Below are positions 37,880-64,000 of a DNA stretch of 64,000 nt, in pieces. How positions within the stretch are numbered: position 1 is the stretch's first letter; each line of letters opens with the position of its first letter. The position numbers and the translations under genes were made by a program. The stretch covers positions 15,499,845-15,563,844 of the forward strand of contig CM119270.1 in NCBI GenBank assembly GCA_051294375.1, written 5' to 3'. The notes beneath the pieces are model-generated. The model ran no database searches. It was not told the DNA's origin and saw only the letters and a list, made by a program, of their open reading frames with translations. Source of the DNA: Paraspadella gotoi (lineage: Eukaryota > Animalia > Chaetognatha).

Positions 37880-38721
37880 GTGAGAGTGGAATACGTGAGG
37901 TAATTCGGAAGTTATTTGGAAGTGTGGTTTGTTAGAAAGTTATGAAAATTATTTTGTAAACGGAGAGAGAATGGGAAAGTGAGTCATCTTGATTCACGGA
38001 ACTTGTTAGGGGCATCGTTTTACTCTCGGAAGAAATATCTCAGCAACTACGATAACTGCAACAACATAGATCAAAACAATTTTTCAGCAAAATTGACGTG
38101 AAAGTAATGAAAAAGAAATTCTAGGCGTCCAAAAATGAATTGGATAATTTTAATTTAGCTGCTGCTTTTGTTTTTAAGTATTACTTTATATCTCACTGAC
38201 CCTCCCTCCCCCCTGGGAGAGACAATGTTCACAGAAATTTCACGCACGAACTTTCTCGTGTGATTTGATTCGATGAGAAGGAAAAAAGCGTCGGCTCGTC
38301 CAGTCTCTCTTTTTCCGGGCTCAATCTGTGTGCTTTTTGTGTGAGTGAATCTCTTGTGTGTGGGGGTGAGTGAAAACGAGAGAGTGAGTGAGAAAGATAG
38401 AGAGAGGGAGAGAGAGAGAGAGAGAGAGAAGAGAGAATCGGTTCCTCTCGGGCCTCGGAGAATGTTTCTACTCCTCCCCACAAAAACAGTTTTTTTTTCT
38501 TCTGCTTTTTTAAATCTGTTTTTCTATCTTTAACCCTCGAATTGTTTCTTCCGCCGCAAAACAACAAAAAGAACAAACAAAAATTTAAAGTCAAAGACAA
38601 AAGATCATCGCGTTTAATATATTAAGAAAAAGAAAAGATGAAAGTTAAAAACTCGATTTTAAAAGGAAGAAAAATAAGTGTTGGTTTCGTCTCGGGCGAA
38701 TGGGAACGAGTAATTGATTTT

Positions 38722-38795
<74 letters not shown>

Positions 38796-41700
38796 ACTTA
38801 TTCCGCGGAAAAAAAAAGGGCTCGGCCTTGTACGGCCCCGGCTGCGGCTCCGTTTTCGTCTCGGGCCTTACTCAAGATTCAGATAGAGAGAGAGAGGACC
38901 GGGGGCATTCTTGTCTGTCTTCCAAATTGTTGTTGTGCGTACTCGGTGACTAAACGTGTAATTTCTTTTTTTTCTCTCTTCGTTACTTCGTCACTCATTT
39001 TCGGTGTCGACTTTCTCGGTCGCTTAAGCTAACATCCTCTTTCTACTCTTTGTTTTGTTTTCTCTGGAAAGCATCGGGGGAAAAATGGGAAAGAGAAAAT
39101 TAAACAAAACTTGGCAAGACGGAGGCTGACTAAATTTCTATTTTTGTAATAATTATTTTTTTGGTAATTTCTTGCTGACTGTGCGAGTTACATTCTGATG
39201 CGCTGGCAGCCGGATGTAAAGAACATTGTATACTTTTTTCGAAGAGGTCAAAACATAGAAAGAAAAATATTGCACACAAACAACATTAAAAAAAAAGATC
39301 CCGCCGATATTTTCAGTAAACAAAACAAAAACAAAGCAAAACAAAAACAACCATCTGTCATCCTCTTTTCTCCGTCATCCACGCATCTGTTTTCTTCAGT
39401 TTTCTTTTTCCTTCGTTCACAAGATCGCATGCGCGGCGAAACGCCTTCGATAAAGTGACCCCCTGCCTTCGCTCGCTTCTCTAATTCATCTCGTGCAAAA
39501 AAAAAAAAAAAAAACCAAAAATAAAAACAGTTCGACCTTCGAAGATTTAATATAAATATTTTGCTTCTCTCCTTCGAATATCCGCAACTTTCTTCGCTGT
39601 TTATTTTCTTAAAGTAGTTTTTAACTTTAAAACTGTTATGCAGACAGATCCATGTGAAATTTGTGATGAATCAATCAGCTTGGATAACTTGCTTTCTTTA
39701 ACTAAACATTCACTCGCTTAGCCTGGCGTAATATTTAATACGTATTTACTTTGGAAATAATTCAAACCCCACGATTCACGCGACAAAATTATCTTTAAAA
39801 GTCTCACATCCATGGCATCCTGAATCACGCCCGACATCCCGTCTTCCCTTTGATTGCTCCTATATTGGTCTATCGATTGCTCCTATTATTGGTCCATCGG
39901 ATTTGCTTCCTGCCCGCCCTTCGTCGGATTCAATCAAGGATCACCATCGATTCTTCGACGAACGAAAACAAAAGCGAGAGGGCTTCTCCCCCCCCCGCCA
40001 CCCGCCTTGTCCCGCCCCCCCTTCTCGCGCTCTCGAGTCCATCTTGACTTCCGACTCGGGGCAATCCCCTAATTCTGCGATGGTGATTATGCTAATCGAA
40101 AGCCGTCTTCCTTCTCGGGTCTTATGCGATTTCTTTTCTCGATCGCTTTTGCTCGTTTCTCGATCGCTTTTGCTCCTTTGTCGATCGCTTTTGTCCGTCG
40201 CTTTTGGGTTTTCGTTCGAAGTAATGAGTCTTCATTGTAATCATTGCTTGTCAGTCATTGATATTTTTTTTTTCAATTTTCATACAAGACCTTCACAAAA
40301 AAATTTTGTTTTTACATATCATTTTGGAATTCATCCTTCGTATTTTTCTTAGTTGCTTACGATCATACATAGTGGTCCAAAAAAAATTTTCTTTCATTGC
40401 TACCAGAGTTCCTCATCACTATGTCCTCATCACTTTGTCCATCAGTACAGTACAAGGTCCACTGGTCCAGTCTACATTTGTCCTCCAGTTAGCTCTCATT
40501 TTGGGGGGGAACGCGCATGGGGAAACGCGCACACATTTGCTAGTTACGAAATGAAAACTGCTGATTTAAGCCAAAGCTGCGCAGTTTGCAATATCATCGC
40601 ACCGAGTTCGTCTTCTTTGTTGTTGTTGTTCTTCTGGTTGTTTATAGTTTGGAATAAGTTCGCAAAAAAAAAAAAACTAACGTTGACAAGATGGAATCGA
40701 CCAAGTCAAAAGCTCCATGGTGAGACGTCTTGGCGACAACCATGTGACGGCGTAATCCTCGCGTCACATGGCGTTGGCAGAAACCGCATTCAGCATCAAA
40801 ATCGGCTTTCAATCACCACGTCGCCGTCTGCGGCCGAAAAAAAAACCCAAAAAAAAACCGGGTACTCGCCGCGAACCCGGGGACTTTCCGAGTCAAATGT
40901 CGATTTCGTCGCGTCAAACGAAGATAATTGAGTTTAGAGATAAAACGAGGGAAGAATCGAGTTAAATCGGCGAAGACCGACCGAACCAGTCCTGGAGGGA
41001 GTCCTTCCGGTTTCCTCTTAAAACTGCCTACATTCATTTTACATTTATTGTAATTTAATCGCCGATATTATCTTTCGATGCGGCGACGAATCTCGGTGCT
41101 CGGTCGGTCGAATCATCTCTCTTAAATTAAACCTAATGGAATAAATATTTATTCATTTGATATTTAATTGATTTTTAGCTTCGTCGTTTGGATAATTCTA
41201 ATATTGAATTTNNNNNNNNNNNNNNNNNNNNNNNNNNNNNNNNNNNNNNNNNNNNNNNNNNNNNNNNNNNNNNNNNNNNNNNNNNNNNNNNNNNNNNNNN
41301 NNNNNNNNNNNNNNNNNNNNNNNNNNNNNNNNNNNNNNNNNNNNNNNNNNNNNNNNNNNNNNNNNNNNNNNNNNNNNNNNNNNNNNNNNNNNNNNNNNNN
41401 NNNNNNAAAAAAAAAACTTGGATAAACTGAAATTGGAACCAACATTTTTTTTGTTTTTAATGAAAAAATAACAAAGAATTCGCGAGCCAAGTTTTTTTTT
41501 CCTACAGAAACAAAATCCTTACAACTTCCACAGTTGTCGCTCTAAAAGTCACTGTGGTCAGTTGGCTCTGTTCAACGTATTTAACAGTTTTTGCCCAGTT
41601 TTTGGCGCTGTGAAAATAGGGGAAGAGCGATTTACTGCCTCTGAGACTGAAATGATATGAGAATATTAAGCAAGGTCTCTCTCTCTCTCTCTCTCTCTCT

Positions 41701-41947
41701 NNNNNNNNNNNNNNNNNNNNNNNNNNNNNNNNNNNNNNNNNNNNNNNNNNNNNNNNNNNNNNNNNNNNNNNNNNNNNNNNNNNNNNNNNNNNNNNNNNNN
41801 NNNNNNNNNNNNNNNNNNNNNNNNNNNNNNNNNNNNNNNNNNNNNNNNNNNNNNNNNNNNNNNNNNNNNNNNNNNNNNNNNNNNNNNNNNNNNNNNNNNN
41901 NNNNNNNNNNNNNNNNNNNNNNNNNNNNNNNNNNNNNNNNNNNNNNN

Positions 41948-41980
<33 letters not shown>

Positions 41981-42963
41981 GTAAATGGAAATGTTAAACA
42001 AACGCAAAAAATATAAATAAAACAATTGATAACAAAAAAATACTAATAAGTTCTCTAAATATTGCGGAAAAAATGATAAAAAATATGAGGAGCAGGAAAT
42101 GATAAATATGACATGATAAATAAATAACGTTTCTGACGGACAATTGTGATAAATGCTCGCTCGCTAGATATATATGTTCGGCTTAACCAAAAAAGATTCC
42201 TGGTCTCACATTTCCAAACAGACGTTACTTGTTTTTGCTTTGCACAAGATTGAGATAATTAGTGCAAGCAGACGAATCTCTCTCTCTCTCTCTCTCTCTC
42301 TCTCNNNNNNNNNNNNNNNNNNNNNNNNNNNNNNNNNNNNNNNNNNNNNNNNNNNNNNNNNNNNNNNNNNNNNNNNNNNNNNNNNNNNNNNNNNNNNNNN
42401 NNNNNNNNNNNNNNNNNNNNNNNNNNNNNNNNNNNNNNNNNNNNNNNNNNNNNNNNNNNNNNNNNNNNNNNNNNNNNNNNNNNNNNNNNNNNNNNNNNNN
42501 NNNNNNNNNNNNNNNNNNNNNNNNNNNNNNNNNNNNNNNNNNNNNNNNNNNNNNNNNNNNNNNNNNNNNNNNNNNNNNNNNNNNNNNAAAAAAATAATCG
42601 TAATTGTAAAAAAAGTCGTTATTGGAAAAAAAATAAAAATAAACTGGATGATTCAGTCCCTCGTTCTCAATTCGCCCTCCCGATGTTCAGTGGCGCCAGG
42701 TTTTTTTTTTTTAACGAAACGAAAGACTGAAAATTAAAAAAAATAAAAAAAGAATTTTCTCGAAACAGAAAAAAATTTTCGCCGACACAGTTTCAAAGTT
42801 TTTTCTGTCTCGACTGTTTTCAGTAATTGAACTGATCCAAGAAAAAAAAACAGTTGGAACTCTTCTTCAATCTTCAAACTGAACGCGAATCTCAGGAAGT
42901 AAAAAAAAAACTTTCTNNNNNNNNNNAGCAACAAATCAAGCGGCTAATCAACAAAACAGCCAC

Positions 42964-43023
42964 GCCACGGTCGTCACGTTGCCACGGTCGTCACGTTGCC
43001 ACGGTCGTCACGTTGCCACGGTC
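42964..43023. repeat. 17-bp tandem repeat GCCACGGTCGTCACGTT x3.5
   Basis: Directly visible. Confidence 0.9.
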
Positions 43024-43790
43024 ACCACGCCAGATTTAACGCTTTCGCCCAATCAAAAACGATTCGCTTGGGAATCCGTTCGACGGCAAACGAGCGATTT
43101 GCGTCGCGACCGATCGACAAATCAATGGCTCGATTAATCAAACGCTCATGGCTTCGACCGGCTTAGCCAATCATCCGCCCTGACAAATCAAACCAATCAA
43201 AAAAGATTTGCTTGGACAGTAAACGACCGATTACTGTCGCTCAAGCTACCGTTCGATTCATCGAAAAACCATATAATTTTATTCCCATCAGCCTTACTGC
43301 CTATTGAACCATGAGCTAAAAAAGAACAAAAATCCTTGGCAAACAAGCATTGAGCCAATCAATCGCTTTCCCAATCACGCGCTCTCCCAATCAACCAATT
43401 TCTTTCCTACCAATCAACCGACCAACGAATCAGCCAGTTATTGGCTCGAGCAATGTGTTTCTCATTTAGTCAAATTCCAATCAATCAGCTAATTTTACCT
43501 CCTCTCCAATAAACCACTCAAACGACCTGACCGCAAAAAAAGAGAAAGGTAGCGTCCGAGGATCCTCTGCTTTTTAATTTCCTTCTTTTTTTTCTTTTTT
43601 TTATTCTTTTAAACTTCCCCAACGCCAAAAAACCCAGCGAAGGGCGGAACGAGAAAAATTTTCAAATCTGAATCAACAAAATTTAGAGCGAAAAAAAAAA
43701 ATCCTGCTGACTTCCGCTTCTGCGTTTCGGGCGAAAAAGAGAAGATTATATGTGAAAAAAAGAAGAGGGAAAAAAAGGGTTTAGAGCGGG

Positions 43791-43863
43791 GATGATGATG
43801 ATGATGATGATGATGATTGATGATGATGATGATGATGATGATGACGATGACGACGACGACGAA
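43791..43863. repeat. Compound (GAT)n(GAC)n microsatellite
   Basis: Directly visible. Confidence 0.95.
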
Positions 43864-44672
43864 GAAAATATTGAGCTGAAAACATAGAAAGGAAAGAAAT
43901 AAAAGATAACGACAATGAAAGAAACGGAAGCCAAAATAAAACGAAATATGAAGAAGAATATTATTTCTTTCTGATATCTAAAAAAAAAAAAACCTATGAA
44001 GTTAATGACGCACTCCACTGAAAAAAAAAAATTATTACGATGGCAGCTGGAAGACAAAAATCCTCACCGGAAACGACACCAAAGATTAAGTGAAGAACAA
44101 TGAAGCTGACAAATTCTGCGTTGAAAGAAAAGTTAATTGAAAAGAAAAATTTAATGTCGTCCGACTAACGAGAACAATGAAGAAGTAAAAGATGATGAGT
44201 TGACGAAAAAAAAATAAGTGGAGAAAATCTATTTAAAAAAAACAAAACAAAAAAACTACTGACAATAATGACAACGACGACGATCAAAACGACGAAAAAG
44301 CAATAATAAAAGAGATTGTTTTAAGGAAGATGTGATAAAAAAAAAACCTGACGACTTCGAAACGACGACGACGACGACGACGACGAGACGACGAAAAAGG
44401 ACGACGTTGATTAAAAAAAGAAGAAGAGAAAAAAAATAATAAAAAGAAAGAAAAAAGTCTCCTTTCTCTGGCTTCCATGTTTTGTTTAAAGAAACGAAGA
44501 GCTGAGAAGGGGGGGGGTGGAAATCTCTTCTTGAATTTTTTTTTTCTCTCACTTTCTCCTTTTCTTCTTCTTCTCAACTGGGAAACGATATTGACAAAGA
44601 ACAATGACAGGGACAATGACAAAGGACGAGTAACACGAGGGGTTGGATCCGAGACCGGGAAATCATAATGAC

Positions 44673-44720
<48 letters not shown>

Positions 44721-45214
44721 AAAAAAGTGAAACCGACGAAACTAATGATTTTGGTTCCCTCGATTATTTTCGGGGAAGGTTGATGTTGTGTTGTTGTTTT
44801 TGTTGTTGTTTGTGGTTTTTGTTAACGTCGTTGATAGTTTTTTCTAGTATTTATTCATAGTTTCAATTTGTTCATTGTAGAGATAGTTTTGAACTTATAC
44901 ATTGCCTCATAATTTTTAAATTTTAGATATTTCGATAGTAAACGAAAAAAAAAGATTTATTTGGGTGACAACAACGACGAAAAACAATTTAACTTTCACG
45001 ATATTTATGCGTTTCGACTAAGTCAGCGGCAAATGAATAATCTATTTTTTTAAATATTTTACAATATTTTAGAATTTTATTCTAATGTTACAATGTTACA
45101 ATTTTACAACGTCGCGTGTTTTTTTCATTATTTGGAGTATTTTTTACAATTTTTTTTTTTAAATTTCCTTCCTTTTATTTTTTTTCAGCTTTTTTTCCCT
45201 TCTCCCTCACACAC

Positions 45215-45658
45215 CGGCGCCGCGACATGACCTGACGCCAACAATGACTCCTCTCTTCGTCCTCTCCTCCTCCTCCTCCTCTTCCTCAGCGACAACGCTT
45301 CCTCTCTCTCTTCGTCTCTCGTCCGACCGGAATAACGTCTCCAACAAAAAAACAAACTTGTGACGTCAATACTTCGACGCGGACGACGTCACCCGACGCC
45401 GATGGCGCCCCCGACGGCTTTATTGCCGCGACGGCCGGACGTGGACGTGAGGGCAACGATGCGACGGCCGACCGTCCTCGTCACGTGACATTACCCTCGT
45501 CTCTCTCATCTTTCGCGTGACGTCGAAGGAGCTCCCGGGCAATGACGTTACCGTTGTTGTTTGGCGTGACGTCACCGATAGGATGTGACGGAGGTATCAC
45601 GCCCGCATTAGTCTGTCTCTCTCTCTCTCTCCTCTCTCTCTCTCGTCTCTCTCTCTCT

Positions 45659-45696
<38 letters not shown>

Positions 45697-45900
45697 CTGG
45701 TCTCTCCTCTCTTCTCTCTCTTCTCTCGCACGTTGTCAATAAATGATCGAGACATTTATTATTGTCAAAGCGACGAGAAAACGGACGACGCGGCGGCGAT
45801 TTTTTTTTTTTAAGAAACTAATCGTCTAAAATGGCATTATGCGTCGCCAATAAAAGCGTGACTTTCCAACCAATCAAAGAGGAATAAAAATCGATATATA
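45215..45900 (+). promoter_or_regulatory. Candidate CpG-rich promoter/5'UTR of p190 with CRE and E-box palindromes
   Basis: TGACGTCA at 45361 and 45567, GTCACGTGAC at 45480, CCAAT at ~45846 and ~45870, 0.2-0.9 kb upstream of the ATG. Confidence 0.3.
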
Positions 45901-46132
45901 CAACACGATAAAACGCGCGATTTCTTTAAACCCAAAAGAAAAGACGATTTCTTGGACCAACAATTGTTCGTGCGGATTTTTTGTCCGTCGCAAATCTGCC
46001 GCAAATCTGCCGCAAATCCGCCGCAAACCTCTTAGCAGCAAATAGTATTTCGCCCGAAACTACGGCCACCTTCGCTGCCGCAAAAAAAATTATCCTCCGT
46101 CTGCCGCAACCCGGCCGCCGCAACTATTGGCC

Positions 46133-63980
<17,848 letters not shown>

Positions 63981-64000
63981 GTGATGATGATGATGATGAC

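Noticed and set aside
44348-44370. CTGACGA...GAAAC hammerhead-like string (also CTGACGA at 2213)
   Set aside because: No stem II or stem I can form; chance match in GAC-rich sequence.

Overview
Repeat-rich, intron-rich animal genomic scaffold with N gaps and abundant (AG)n/(GTC)n microsatellites. Most ORFs in the supplied track are spurious. Right third: the first 15 GT-AG exons (788 codons, running off the window) of a p190 RhoGAP (ARHGAP35/ARHGAP5 family) gene on +. It has an N-terminal GTPase domain and about 2 FF domains, then diverges into low-complexity sequence. Intron 4 holds a clean sense-strand minimal hammerhead ribozyme. Left half: a block at 1824-14197 recurs at 15959-28332 (offset 14,135) with indel-noisy sequence and 25-N gaps, probably a long-read gap-filling artefact. 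Each copy carries a 5'-truncated Penelope-like retroelement (RT + GIY-YIG endonuclease) flanked by ~520-bp INVERTED pseudo-LTRs containing hammerheads and by a ~20-bp target duplication. The matching EMPTY site is present at 745-764. Also seen: a retroposed tRNA-Leu 3' half with CCA, an orphan exon resembling an ANF-receptor/receptor guanylyl cyclase ectodomain, a cluster of decoy 5' splice sites, and several minisatellites. All family assignments come from motif recall, not database searches.
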